Assembly (NCBI RefSeq): GCF_036321535.1
Contig: NC_087437.1
Span: 113,834,001-113,898,000 of the forward strand
Length of the DNA: 64,000 bases
From: Camelus dromedarius
Lineage: Eukaryota
Direction: 5' to 3'
Position numbers and translations under genes: made by a program. Positions 1 through 12,722 of this stretch are shown one piece after another (position 1 is the first letter of the stretch; each line of letters begins with the position of its first letter). The notes beneath the pieces were generated by a model, which was not told the DNA's origin, searched no databases, and worked only from the letters and a program-made list of their open reading frames with translations.

Positions 1-324
1 GCATCACAGAACTGGTGTTGAGAGTGATGCATATGCACCCACCATTAGTCAAAGGCTGCCATGACCCACCAGTCAGACGGCTCGGGTCTATCGGTCCCGG
101 CAGGAGAGCTGTTTGACTGGTAGAGTCAAAGAATCAGCAAATGGGGTCTACAGGAGAGGTTAAACTGTCACAAAACCGCCACTATGATGCATGTTCAGAG
201 CCAGGACCTCCACAATGATTTGCATAGAAGTGAAGGCTATAGATTTAAAAATTTTGTTTGTACACCTAGCCCCTTCTGATAGCTTCCTGCCTCCAGCCTC
301 GGTCCCATCCAGTCTCCGTAGAGC

Positions 325-565
325 CGAGGCTGTGGACTGAGTACAGTATCAGACTATTTCTGCATTGATCTTGGCACAAGCCCTCATTAACTGAGTGACC
401 GTGAGCAAGTTTTGCAAATGCTCTGACCTTTACTCCTCTCGCTTGTGGAATGGGGACAACGAAATTGTATCTATGTCTTAGAGTTTATTGTAAATATTTA
501 ATGGGATGATGGGATGGAAACACACTTATCACAATGTCAAGCACATATTCAATACTCAACAGATT
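325..565 (+). mobile_element. MIR SINE, degenerate
   Basis: MIR core-like ...taactgagtgaccgtgagcaagt...ctctgacctt...tggaatgggga... and 3' end acacttatcacaatgtcaagcacata. Confidence 0.7.
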
Positions 566-639
566 GTAGGTATGGCTACTGGACAGCGATCACTATGATC
601 CTCCTTTTCAATGGCTGCCCAATGCCCATAAGAACACTG

Positions 640-1087
640 TGAAGTCTAACATGGCTGAGAGGCTTTCCACATTGGGGCCCCTGCCTCTCACCAACCTTCT
701 CTCTTAACGTTCTCCCCTCTGAACTCAGTGCTCCAAAGGTGTTGAAAATCATTCAGCTCCTCAAAAGTCCAGGGTTCTTTCTGATTCTCAGGCCCCGGGA
801 CAGGTGCTCCCTTACCTTGGAACACTCCATCAGTACCTCCCAGTCATTCGAGTATCATCTCAAATGCCCTAGTCACTGCAGGGCTAACTTGCGTCTCCTC
901 TCCCATGCTTCCCAGGGTACACACTGTTACAGTCACTCACTCAGTGCTGCTGCTTCTCCATGGGACTGGCAGCTCCATGAAATCAGGGGCCGTGTTTTGT
1001 TCATCTTACTATCCCTAAACCTTAGCAGACTTCTCATCCCATAATAGTGGTTCTGTCAATATTGAATGAATGAAGGAATGAATGAAG
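640..1087 (+). mobile_element. LINE-2 3' end
   Basis: agctccatgaaatcaggggccgtgttttgttcatc...ccttagcaga...tgaatgaatgaaggaatgaatgaa, typical L2 terminus. Confidence 0.75.
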
Positions 1088-1156
1088 TTATAAAATCACC
1101 AAGAAGACTGAAAATTATGAATATCCTCATTCTAGGTGGCTCAATTCAGAAGTGAA

Positions 1157-1375
1157 TGCTATGTCTGTGAGTCTGTTTCTGTTTTGCAGATAAGTTCATT
1201 TGTGTCTTCTTTTATCTTTTTTTAGATCCCACATATGAGTGCTATCATATGCTATTTTTCTTTCTCTTTCTGGCTGACTTCACTTAGAATGATGATCTCC
1301 AGGTCCAGACTGAAACACAATGCTGTATGCCAATAACTGACACATTGCAAACTAACTATACTTCAATCAATCAAT
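1157..1375. mobile_element. Short young L1 with 5' inversion (minus segment about 1160-1306, plus tail about 1307-1375)
   Basis: Antisense L1 3' region (ttagatcccacatatgagtg...gacttcacttagaatga) joined to sense tail (gactgaaaca...ctatacttcaat); TSD TCAGAAGTGAA at 1146-1156 and 1375-1385. Confidence 0.8.
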
Positions 1376-1559
1376 CAGAAGTGAACAGACCTCTGAATAA
1401 GATAAGAATAACAAGTAACCAGGGCAGAAGTGAATAGAATATAATCTTTTATTCTCTAAAGGAATGGCTTTTGCTTGAAGAAATGACTAGTTGTCAAAAT
1501 GTATTCTACATCTTCCATAGCAATAGAAGTCTTGATTTTTAATTGGGCTCACGGTCACT

Positions 1560-2045
1560 TTAAAAAAAAAAAACTTCCCCAACATTCCTTGCAGTTAAAA
1601 GTGATCAGGCTTTGAATAAGTTCTGACTAATAAAGTATAGGCTAAATGTTACCCTTTTTCATTCATTCTCTACAAAATCCAGGTTGTAAGTATGTAGTCA
1701 AAGCCATCAGACTGCCATCTGCTAACTGTGTGCTGTATAGCAGACTCTGGTAACTTATCATAATTGACAGTTGGAATGCATTCGCTGATGTGTCCTCCAC
1801 TCCTCCCTTTTCCTACTCTGACACCTGGAATAAAGATGTGATGACTGGAGCTTTGGCTGCCATACTGGACCTTGAGGAACAAGTCAGTACTTTAGTGCTG
1901 GTGAAGCACAAAGCTGGAAGGAGTTTGGGTTTCTGAGTATTTTAGGGACGTGACCACCATATAACCATACCCACCCTGGACTGCTTACTCTCTGACCTTT
2001 TCCTTTGCTTAAGCTATTATTATTATTTGCTCTGTTACTCACAGT
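1560..2045 (+). mobile_element. Old MaLR LTR (MLT1J/K-like)
   Basis: gatgtgatgactggagct...gccatactggaccttgagg...gctggaaggagtttggg...ccctggactgcttactctctgac...ttaagcta...tctgttactcacag. Confidence 0.65.
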
Positions 2046-2825
2046 TGGGACTCAAAGAAACCCCTTGATTATCAAGAATTATTAGCTCAGTTGGAGGAAA
2101 AGGACTTAAAGAATTCCAAAGCTATTTTTATTGAAGAATCTTTATTATAGAATTTTAATCACAATAATACATTTTGTTGATGCATTTTAAAAATCCTAAA
2201 CAACTAAACAAGTTATAAAAATTATGAAAAATCAGACCAAAGTCAATGGATTTCTAGACTCAAAACACATACTAGAACGTTACACAACTACCATCAGTAA
2301 ACAAAAGAATATAATGTCAACTGAGCAGTCACTCCAGAAAGCAGCTGCGTTTTCCAAAGCAGGGAACACAATACCCTTTTTTCCTTATGTTCATGGTGCT
2401 ATTTCTCAATCACAAGCCCATGATACCTGGGAACAATATTCAAAATATTTATCAATCTGTACAGTCTAGATGCTGACCAATCAGAACAGCCAGTATATCC
2501 ATCCTGGTGCAGGCTGATGTGCTGTCAGCCTGATGACACCAACGCCAACGGGTACGGAAATCACGTTTCCTAAATAATCGACCACATTCTGTGTGATCCA
2601 TGTGTAACATGTAGGAGAAACACCTAGATCGTGTGAAAAATGCCCTGGTCTATAGACACAGCTCTTCTTTCCTTGTGAGTTTCCTAGTGGATTGGTTTAG
2701 AAGCAAACATGACTGATAGATCCTCTTGGACAGATTTTTGGAAGGTAATTAACTAGCTCTTTAGAGTATTCTTTTCTTAACCATTGTTTGTGTTTGAGTG
2801 AGTGCTTATGTGCAAGGATGCACAC

Positions 2826-2826
<1 letters not shown>

Positions 2827-2867
<41 letters not shown>
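2827..2867. repeat. (CA)n microsatellite, about 20 units
   Basis: Directly visible. Confidence 0.97.
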
Positions 2868-2869
<2 letters not shown>

Positions 2870-4384
2870 GGTGTGATTCCAATCATGAAGGCACTGAATT
2901 GGACCCGTGACAGCAGTGCTGCTTTTCATTCCAGGAACAAGAAACATCAGAGCCTCCAACATCCTGGACCTGCTTCTGGCATTCATGTCACAGAGCTCCT
3001 GGTGTCTAAAAGACTACTATTTTTGATGTGCAGCTGTTGAGTCGAAACATCTGAGAGTTTCTCTTCTCCAGGCGGGTTTGGTGCAAGATACCAGTAAACG
3101 ATCATTTGTTTCAGTTCTTATAAGCGCAGGAGACTAATATTAGAGAACGGTTCCTCCCACACACACTCCTTCTCTTCTGGCTTTTAGCCTAGAGGACCTC
3201 AGTCCTTGAGGGACCCTGCAGAGTCACTCTCGGGCAGCCTTGGGCTTTTATCCTCAGCGCCCGTGGGGACCCAACTGGTTTACAGGGCTAACCAATAGGA
3301 GGACAGGAATGTCCAGTGTCGCCCCCACCCCCTGGAGTCACACTAAGTCCTTGCTGTGGCTGAGCTCGTCTCCTTTTGCTCTCCTTCCTGTTGATTTGGA
3401 CTCACCGGCCATGATTCACTGACATAGTCATTTGTGTACTTGGAGGCCATTAGTGGAATCCCCTTTCAGCGCAGGGGGATGAGGGTGGTCAAAATATTTA
3501 ACAACTGGCAAGATTTAACTGCTGTTAAGGCTGCAGCATTACCCAGCTGGAATGGATGCTGGCCACAGAGTTTGCGCAGACTCCTGGGGGCTCAGATGCT
3601 GGGGGCTCAGGGACTCAACCATTTGCCAGTTGGAGTGGGACAAATCTCCACATCTTCACAACAGGCAGGCCTGCTGCAGTGCATTTCACCAGAGAAGCCT
3701 CAGCTTCAAGCCTGACAATCATCCTTTTTATCTATTCTTGTGGTATGTCTCAGCCCGGCTCACGTGATGATCCGCAATTGGGTACTTCACCAGGGCAGAC
3801 AGACATCCTTATTTACCAATATCCAGGTGGCCTTTGCCCATGTCTGGATAATTATTTAAGATCATTACAAAAATTTAATCAAATTGTTAATGTGTGCAAA
3901 TGAGAGATTATAGTGACATAAATACCGGTTTATTTCTGATTTGGAGCACACTAAATTTTGTTGGAATCAGAAGGGCAGCATCATATGTTAAAAAGACCCT
4001 GATATAATTTCAGGTAATTCTAGTAGAAATGTGACGCTTCATGCTGCTCATTGGTCAGTCTACATCTGCCCTCTGGGCTCTTGTTCTGGCTGCTTCACTT
4101 GTGGAGGAGATGACGCAAGAGTGTCATACGCACAGACAGGTGAGGGGGCCTAGAAGCAGGTCACGTGGGTGAAGACTGAGTGGCTTTTCCTTATGGGTGT
4201 CACGAATGATGCCTCCCATTTTGTGTGAGATTTTATTTGGAGGAGGAAATAGACTTATTCTGTTGCCTTGAAGGAGTGAAACAGGGGCAGTGAGTAGAAA
4301 TTAAAGGAGGTAGAATTGAGGCCAACCTAAGGAAGAGTTAATGGAAGGAAAATGAGCTGTATAGTAATGTAAGTTCAAGGTCAT

Positions 4385-4700
4385 TACAATTCAGTTCAAG
4401 AAACATCAAGGCACTTACCATGCCCTGGTTACTGTGTGTGATGTTATAAACATAAAGAAGAATATAAGAATTTCAGTCTATAATGAGATACAGATATGGG
4501 AAGAATTAATAAGAAAACATCAGAACATGTGCATCAAGAGATGCTTTTACCAGGTTTCAAAGGAGTGCAGGAAGGAAGTGATCAATTCTTCTGAGAAGAT
4601 CAAGAAAATGTCTATAAAAGAGTGGACAGATGTAGGTTTTGAAGAATGAATTTCTGTTTGAATAAGACAGACAGACAAGGAATAGAAATGATTCCAGTGT
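4385..4700 (-). mobile_element. LINE-2 fragment
   Basis: aattcagttcaagaaacatcaaggcacttaccatgccctggttactgtg, antisense L2 3' end pattern. Confidence 0.5.
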
Positions 4701-6164
4701 GAGGGAACGGTATACGCAAAGCCTGGAGAGGCCCTTCAAGTTGTGTCTAGAAAATGCCAAGAGTTTTGCAATTGATTATCTCATTAGGGCACACCGGATG
4801 GCATCCTCTTGGGATATCCTACATACACACAATGAGCAAGAATTTCACCTCTTCATTTATTGGGAAGCTTTGCTTATGTTTCTGCATTTGTTTGGTTTTC
4901 TTCATTTAATAGATCTGCTCCTCCAGTCACTCTGTAAAGAAATTAATTTAGCAAAACGTTTTCTGAATTTGTGGAGAGGGAAATATTCAAATGTGAGTAA
5001 AATTTAAGTTGGTTTTGGTTTCAGTGGTTTTTTTTTTTTTTTTTCCCCCAGTATGGCCTTTTTCACTTTGCATAGGAATAAGCTTCTACATTGATGGTTT
5101 TGGAGACTGTGCTGTAATTTTAGAAAATAGATACAGTATCTCAAACCTTAGTTCTTGGACGGTAGATTGGGACTCTGCAAAGGGCTAATGGTTTGGTAAA
5201 AAAGATGGATGATAAATCAGGGGCAGTACCAGTCTTAGTTAAGAAAATGGTGATCTGAAGGATCCCGCACTCAATTCGTTATACAAAAATTTTCAGAATT
5301 GCTTCACATCAATTTTTAAATTGTATTTAGTTTACATCCAAGCCTTGAATTTCCTGGTCCTCTCTTCATTAAACTAGAACCACAGAGTGGGGATGGAGAC
5401 CCCCGGGGACTGAGAATTATGGAGAAGTGAGTTGGCCACGGCAGCTGTGCCAAGATGCAAAACACCACTTCCATCAGGCCTCAGGGACTTAGGAATGCTC
5501 TGGATGCTTGTCCACCAGCCCGTCTCCTGCCTAGCACAACTCCACCAGGCACCAGCCTGGGAGCCAGGGAGGGTCAGCTTCGCATCCACTTAGATGTTTG
5601 TCATCGCTGGATTTGAAAGGTACCCTCGACAGTCTTATGCAAAGTAAAAACTTCTAAATGTTTCCAAATCATAAGCTGAAGACTTCTAAATAGCAAATAC
5701 ATGTCCTTAAATGATTACTATTTTATACCCAGTTTAATAGAAACGTCTGCTAAGTTCACAGCCAGGTGCCACATTATCACTTAGCCAAAAATTTCTCTAC
5801 GAAAATAACTTCCTGGATTGGAGTGGTGGTATGTAAAGAGAGAAATCTATTTATGTTTCAGTTCAGTTTCAAACATTTTGAGAAATGAGCTGAATGGATA
5901 GAATTTAAGCAATATGTGCACCTCTGGAAAGATGTGGCAGATGTTAGTTCTTGAATTGGTGGAAATAGAAGTGACAAACATTCATTTCATGAGTCGGCAT
6001 ATTTAGGATGCTTGGTGTTATGCTGACTTTTTAATATAATCTAGGGCAGAAGTTACTTAACGTGAACAACATTGTCTTATTATTCAAACTTTTGGTTTGA
6101 GAAGCTGTTGGCCATCTTTCTGCCTCCTGGATGCAGACACTTCATAGAACAGACCCCCAGAAGG

Positions 6165-6300
6165 GATGCGTTGAGTGTACAGAAGTGCTGGCCACTGGGA
6201 CAGGCGCTTTATTTGGGTTACCTCCTTTAATCCTGACAACACCCTTGAAGCAGTGGTTCTTTGCAGATGAGGGAGGTCCACAGTGGCTAAGCTGCGGAGT
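6165..6300 (-). mobile_element. MIR fragment
   Basis: gcgctttatttgggttacctcctttaatcctgacaacaccctt...ttgcagatgaggga. Confidence 0.6.
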
Positions 6301-6419
6301 CCCACAGGCCTGAGTTGTTCCTCTGGGTGCATTTCTCATTGCCTCAGCAATGCTCAGTCCTTGGTTCTCATCTACAAGCTTGCCCTACAGTGGACTTACC
6401 TGTATTTTAACTACCCCCT

Positions 6420-6525
6420 CCTCTTGGATAGCAGGGGTGGATCATGTTCACTGCGGCGTCTCCAGGACCCAGCACAGAGCTGGGAACCCCACTGGGGCTA
6501 GACAAATATTTGTTGAAGGAACTGA
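6420..6525 (+). mobile_element. LINE-2 3' fragment
   Basis: catgttcactgcggcgtctccaggacccagcacagagctgg...acaaatatttgttgaagga. Confidence 0.6.
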
Positions 6526-6632
6526 AGCCATATAAGTAACCAGAGCAGAAAGTGCCTTTGAAGGTCACAGAGGGGTCAGCCTGGACTGGGATGAAAAGGA
6601 AAGGATGCCCAGAAATAGAACTTGCAGCTCAC

Positions 6633-6696
6633 CTGGAAGAATGGGTAGAATTTCAAGCCAGGATGATAGTGTGAAGAGGGGGGCAAATGATGTTGC
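6633..6696 (-). other. Candidate small non-coding exon (64 nt)
   Basis: Minus strand: weak acceptor tttttcttgacaaaaag|G, good donor CAG|GTGAGC; no transcript evidence. Confidence 0.15.
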
Positions 6697-7940
6697 CTTT
6701 TTGTCAAGAAAAATGCACAAAATTGAATGAGGAAATTCTTTCATCTTAATGTGTCTCATTTTTCTTCTGCCTTTCTAAAATCAAACATGGTAATTTGGAG
6801 AAGTTGAGCTTTCCTTCCTCCCAAATTAAAAATCTAATTTCACTCATCATAATAAATAGAAATCTATTTAGAGTGCATTCATGGGTTTTGGTCACTTAAT
6901 TGAAGATACATAGTAAATTTTTCAATTGTCTCAGGTACCAATTTGAAAAATATTTTTCCTTTTCTAATCTGAGTTGACTTAAATTCCCCATTGTTCAAAC
7001 GATGCAAGCTTAACGTTACTTGTAATTAAGAAACACTTTACTTTTTGGAGAACGCTTAATGTTCTGAGATACTTAATCTGTTGTTTCTTGACACTACGGT
7101 TAGTAGCAAAATTCTAGAGAAGGAGGTTAAATAAAAATATATCAATTTTTGATCTTATTTTTTGTTTGTTTTTTAAACTTTTCACGAGCAACGGCAGCCT
7201 CTAAGAAAAGCTAGGCTTCTTGGTATTCAAAACACTTAAGAGACCAATCTCCTTAGAACGTGAACGTGAGTGAACGCGCAGTCAGGCGGAGGCTTCCCAG
7301 CATTCAAGCCACCCCATTCTGAGCTGAGCTCTCCTTGCTGCTGGAGGAAAGGTGGGCGGAAAGAGGCTCATGTTACAAGCTGTTTCTCTGAAGGCAATTA
7401 ACCTGTCTCCACCTTCTTCCCCATACATAGAGCCTTTTGATGCAATCCTGCCAGGAGCAGGGCACTCAGAAATAAACATTTTCCAGCTCAAAGAGGCAGT
7501 CCTATGCTTCCGCTTAAAGTGCGATTGGAAGAGCCATTTGCTTTCCTGTCCCTTTAGACCTAGAGAAGCAAAGTTGGAGCCTCCGTGGGGTCACTTTTTC
7601 AACAGTAACCTCTTTCCAAAGATGAGCTTGCCAGGGAAAGAGACGGACTTTCTCAAAGCCACTAATGGAAGGTGATCGTTGGGTGAGACTAGGTGACTCC
7701 ACCAACTGAAGAGAAGCAAGATATTATTCTTCACTAGTGAGGACATTAAAGTAGGCTATCGATAAGCCCGGAGTCCTTTAATAGAAAATGTGGTCATGTG
7801 TCAGGAAGCATCAAAGATCTGCAAGCAGGCAGGGACTCCCATGACAACAGCCCAGAGCAGAGGGTGTCCAGGGCCATCAGTGCTCTCGGGGGCAGGTGCA
7901 CATGCCGGGAAGGGGTGAGTCGGGACACAAGCCTACTCAC

Positions 7941-8089
7941 CTAGACCAATGACGGCACCCGAGAGAGAGAAAGCGAGTGCACTGATTTCGGATTCACTGA
8001 CATCTGTGACTCAGACTCTCCCACATACCAGAGGAGGGTGCGAGGTACTAAAATAAATGACAAAGCAGAAGAGGACGCACACTGACTCA
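7941..8089 (-). promoter_or_regulatory. AP-1/ARE motif cluster upstream of a strong minus-strand splice donor (candidate enhancer or alternative first exon)
   Basis: TGACTCA 8007-8013 and 8083-8089; ATGACAAAGCA (ARE pattern RTGACnnnGCA) 8057-8067; donor TAG|GTGAGT at 7941/7940 (-). Confidence 0.35.
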
Positions 8090-8404
8090 GGGAGAAGAAA
8101 TGTGGCTGAGCACAGCACAGGGTGGGCTGGAATGTCCGAACCCTAAGCTTGAAGGCGTGTGCCTTTGGAGGGCTGGGAGACTTCGCCTCAACACATTTTG
8201 AATTATCCACAGCACTGATGTTTGTGGACACATTTTGGTTCTGCAATAAAGAGCAATGGCAATTGTTCACTCATGAGGTATTTAATGAATAACTATCATT
8301 TTAGGGCATTGTGCTGGGACTTGTGAAGGCTGCAAAGACATACAAGGACCATCTGTCCCTACGTTATTTAAAGGGTTTATTCATTATTTTCAAAGAGGGT
8401 GTTT

Positions 8405-8484
8405 ATGTGTGTGTATGTGTATATATATATATATATATGGAATATCCATACATATATGCATGTATATACATACACACATATATA
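8405..8484. repeat. (TG)/(TA)/(CA) compound low-complexity repeat
   Basis: Directly visible. Confidence 0.9.
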
Positions 8485-8714
8485 TTCTCCTTCTAAGTTG
8501 TAATAATGTTAGTAATAAAGTTTTTAAAAAATTAGCTAGAATTCTAGATTTTGCATGAGGTTCTCCAGCATCAGTTGTTGACAGAGAAGTCTTGGTCCTT
8601 TGTTCTTTAAGAAGACACTGGATAACTTTCTAAGCTCCAGAGGAAAACTCTTCCATGGTTAGGGAAGAGCTGTGAAGAAAGAACTGAATCTATACAGTAG
8701 CAAAAAAAAGGGGG

Positions 8715-8870
8715 GTTCTGACTCCCTGCTCCGCCCCCATGTAACTATGGATGGGTTTTGTACCCACCGAAGACTCAGTTTCTGAAGACGAAAGCACGAA
8801 CCTCAAAGCACTGGGGAAGGGTTACATTTTCTAATGCCTGGCCTGGGGCAGGCACTCAGGAAGTGTCAGC
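8715..8870 (+). mobile_element. MIR fragment
   Basis: gggttctgactccctgctccgcc...gactcagtttctgaaga...ctaatgcctggcctggggcaggcactcagg. Confidence 0.5.
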
Positions 8871-9599
8871 TCTTTCTCCAAGATCTTTTTCCTCTTGTAC
8901 TTCAACACACTGGCTTTACATAGAAAGGGTTTTTGTATATTGAAGCTCTGACTGCCAATTAGGAAGGCCTAGGAGAGAGCAGGTAGATTTCTTGGCAATA
9001 TGACACCCAGGGTAACCTAAAGTCTGCTCTCTTCAAAACGTGTAAAAATTCTGGACAAAATGCTAAATGCCTTTTATGTGCACAGCTCAGGGAAGTGATC
9101 AGAGGACAAAATAGTTAAGCAGGAGCAGAGAGGTGAGCACTAAAGTTGTCAGCAGCCCAAGTCGCCTGGCTATTCCAGGAGGTTAGAGCTTTGGATTTAA
9201 CTTAGTGATGAGATGGTGAGTTAGGTGATTCCACATAAAGCTAGGGTCTTCGAAGGCCTTTGCCTTTATTGAAAGGATGAAGTATATTCTCTCACAAAGT
9301 GTAAATGACCAAGAAAGTTATCTAGTGTCAGACTTGATTCTGGGATGAGGGGGAAGAAATATTCTTTGAGAATTTGTTGCTAGCCTTTGCTTGGGTTTGG
9401 GATCCAATTCATAGTATGCAGGTGGTCTGCAAAGCATCAAGCTGAGAATGTGACATTCTGATGCCAGGCACCTGGCAGGAGTAAATGCAGATCTTCTCAG
9501 GAGTAAAATACTCTTAACTTAGGCATCAAAGAAAGTTCCAAAATTGATGAATTAAAAGAAATTATGGAGTCCATATTCCAAAATTGATGAGTTTAAAAA

Positions 9600-10620
9600 A
9601 ACTCATAGAGTACACAAGTAAACCAGGGACCATGAGCACGAGTCTACAGAAGCACACACAGCAGAATGAAGCAAGAGAATGCTAAATATTGAAATTCCTG
9701 GATAAAAATATAGCATAAATATATTTATTATGTCTAAAATAAGAAAAGAGTGACTTGAAAACATGAAAGGAAAAGGATTATGAAAAATGACCAGTCAGAT
9801 TTGAAAAAGCAACAAATACATCCTCCAGAAATAAATCCGTAATGAATAAAATTTGCAACCCAGTGCAGGGACTGAAGGCAGATCAGACAAGTTCCATTAG
9901 AGAAGTTCCACTGGAGAAGTTCCATTAGAGAAGTTGAGCAGAGAAATGGAGAAAAACAAGTTAATCTTATGAAATTCTGGTGACTTTAGTACAGACGAGG
10001 AGGTGGGAACAGTGAAAAGGAGGTTGGAAGTGTGTATGTAAAGTGCAAAGGTATAACGCACAGTCAGTGGGTCATTGGAAAGAGATGGTAAACAGAACAC
10101 AGGAGTATTCCTATCATACTGAAGAGGTGGTGGAGGAGAATTTTCTTGAATTCATGAGACCTATGCATTCCCATATTTAGGAACTTGGATGAATTGCAAG
10201 TAGGATGAAAGAAACCCACCCTGTATTTGTTGTATTGAAACGGCTGAACACCAAGGATAAAGGAAGCAATCTGAAATGTAGTGGAGAGAGATGATAAAAT
10301 GACCTAAAAAGAGCCACCGTTAGACAGGAAGCTGATTCTGCAATCAGGGCAGTAGAAGCTAAAATAAAGAGCGGTCACATCTTCAGAGGGCTGGGAGAAA
10401 ACAACTCAGCCTAGAACTGTGTACCCAGTGGGAGTGTCTTTTAGCCAAATAAAGATCTTTTCAGGCAAACAGCCGTGAGAGAATCCATTACCAGCAGATC
10501 CTCACTGATGGAACTTCTCTAGAGGATATGCTCTAGAAGGAAGAAAAGTGACCCAAGAAAGAAGGTCACAAATGAAGATCGGATGAGCATGGAAAACACG
10601 TGGGCGTCACAAAAAAATGC
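9600..10620 (+). mobile_element. Ancient L1/HAL1 ORF1-region fossil
   Basis: A-rich strand bias and decayed ORF1 C-terminal motifs (ctgaacaccaaggataaag...ttagacaggaagctgattct...cctagaactgtgtacccag). Confidence 0.65.
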
Positions 10621-10774
10621 AGAGCAGAAGATCTTCTCACAGATTCACTCATTCATCTGAGAGCCATTTATAAAAGGTTTAAGTACTCAAAATATATCTT
10701 GTCTTAGGACATACCTAGAGGAAATCTGCAAAGAAATCAGGCAGTAATAAACAGTAACTTTCTTCATTAAAAAA

Positions 10775-11169
10775 TTTTTTTAATTGAAGCACAGTCAGTT
10801 ACAATGCATCAATTTCTGGTGTACAGCACAATGTCCCAGTACAGGGGCACCTAAATACATAAAGCAAATACTAACAGACATAAAAGGAGAAACTGATGGG
10901 AACACAATCATAGTAGGAGACTTCAACACCCCATTAACATCATCGGACAGACCCTCCAGACAGAAAATCAAGAAGGCAACGGAGATACTAAATGACACAA
11001 TAGAACACTTGGACTGGGTTGATATTTTTAGGACATCACATCCCCCCAAAACAGAATATACATTCTTTTCAAGTGCACATAGAACATTCTCTAGGATAGA
11101 TCATATACTCGGGCACAAAAGAAGCCTCAACAAATTTAAGAGGATATAAATTATTTCAAGCATGTTTCT
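10775..11169. mobile_element. Young inverted L1: antisense 3' tail (10775-10840) fused to sense ORF2 endonuclease fragment (10841-11169)
   Basis: Translation TGAPKYIKQILTDIKGETDGNTIIVGDFNTPL...YTFFSSAHRTFSRIDHILGHK is the L1 ORF2 APE endonuclease (GDFN and RID motifs); the upstream 65 nt is the reverse-complement L1 terminus with poly-T. Confidence 0.92.
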
Positions 11170-11189
11170 CCCTTTTTAAAAAAAAATTG

Positions 11190-11382
11190 GTTTTTTTTTT
11201 TGGAGTATACTTGATTTACAATGTTAGTTTCAGGTGTACAGCAAAGAGATTCAGTTATACATATACATACGTATATATATATTTTTTTCCAAATTCTTTT
11301 CCGTTACAGCTCATTACAAGATATTGAATATAGTTCCTTGTGCTCTACAGTAGGTCCCTGTTGTTTACCTATTTTATATATG
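11190..11382 (-). mobile_element. L1 3' end (older than the nested copy)
   Basis: poly-T then ggagtatacttgatttacaatgttagtttcaggtgtacagc...tagttccttgtgctctacagtaggtcc; TSD-like GTAATAA(A)CA(G/C)TAACTTTC at 10744-10762 and 11383-11400. Confidence 0.85.
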
Positions 11383-12154
11383 GTAATAACACTAACTTTC
11401 AACAGTGTTTATCTGCTAATAAGAGAGAAGGCAAAGAGAGTTTCAATGTATTTTTATGTTCCATTTCTGGAACTCTGTAGTGAGTACATGAATGCTTATT
11501 TTATACCTTGAATGTAAGTTGTATGCTCACATATTCTTTGGTATGTTTGAAACACTTCTTAATATAAAATATTTAAATATTGTCTTAAAAATCCCCTTTG
11601 AAAATTACAGATAATAATAAATTTTGCATAAAAATTTCAAAATTTTTCTTGATCTAATACATACTAGTTTTTGCAAAAGTTGGGAAGATAAGCATGAAGA
11701 GGGAAAAGGGGAGAACATGGCAAGTAGAGAATATGGTACCATTTAGCAGCTCTTGAAATCAATAATTTGATAATAGATAAATGATAGAGGAGAAATTTCG
11801 CTATTCAATGATGTCATCTGTCAGATTATTTCATGAGATAGTTTGGTCATGTGGCCTTTTGCATTTCCTTCTTTGCAGTGGCTTAGAGGAAGCTCAAATC
11901 CCAGTTTGTGCTCAGCTGCTCTGGTTTTCCTGGCAGCGGGGGGGGCCTACCGTCCCTCTTCTCTCCTAAGTGTCCCTCAAAGCATCCCAAAGCTGGGCCC
12001 GATTTGAGGCTGGTAGTTTCGTGTAGCAAGAGTGAGTCCTGCGGTCAGGTCAAGGGTAAACCCATGATGGGAAGCAAAGCAAAGCAGGGTAAAGAGCTCC
12101 CTGTATTCCCTCTGTCAAAGCACTTCCCAGGCTGCGCCGCCTTGATCTTTCTCT

Positions 12155-12270
12155 CCCACTAGATTGTGGGCTCCTTGAAGACAGGGTCCCTGTTGCTGTG
12201 TTTCTTCACTACGTAGCCTGTGGTACAGGAACAGTGGTGGGTGACCATGGCAGGAATTCTGTGAGTACGT
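12155..12270 (+). mobile_element. LINE-2 3' fragment
   Basis: ccactagattgtgggctccttgaagacagggtcc... Confidence 0.65.
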
Positions 12271-12529
12271 ATCAAGCGAATGATGCATCATGGACCAGTC
12301 AATCTCGGTTATAGATTTCCTTGTAGGTATGTGGCAAGACAAGATGTATTTTGAGCATTTGAACCCTTTATAAATGGTTCTCTGATGAGCGAATTAATCT
12401 GTGAGGGCGTCTTTTTGTTTTGCATTAAATTTGTGAGGCTCGTGTGTTTTCTTAGGTCTGTTCCAATCCCATTGCTCAGTGTAGAGGGCATGCGCTCACA
12501 AGCACGTGCATGCTCGTGAACACTTATGC

Positions 12530-12722
12530 ATCTGTGCACACGCACACACACCACACACTCACACACCACACACAGCACAACAGACATCATACACCATGTA
12601 TAACACAACACACACCATATACTGCACACTCACACATAACACACCACACATATCCACACACGCCACACTCACACATGTCCTACATACCACCCCCCCACAC
12701 ACCACACACTCATACACACCGC
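12530..12722. repeat. Degenerate CA-rich low-complexity tract
   Basis: Directly visible; explains the His/Thr-rich and Cys/Val-rich spurious ORFs. Confidence 0.9.

Noticed and set aside
2510..2532. Hairpin CAGGCTGA-N7-TCAGCCTG near a CCAAT box
   Set aside because: 8-bp stem is too short for a pre-miRNA and within chance expectation
9889..9935. CRISPR-like repeat array
   Set aside because: Contiguous 14-bp tandem units without spacers in mammalian DNA; no cas genes
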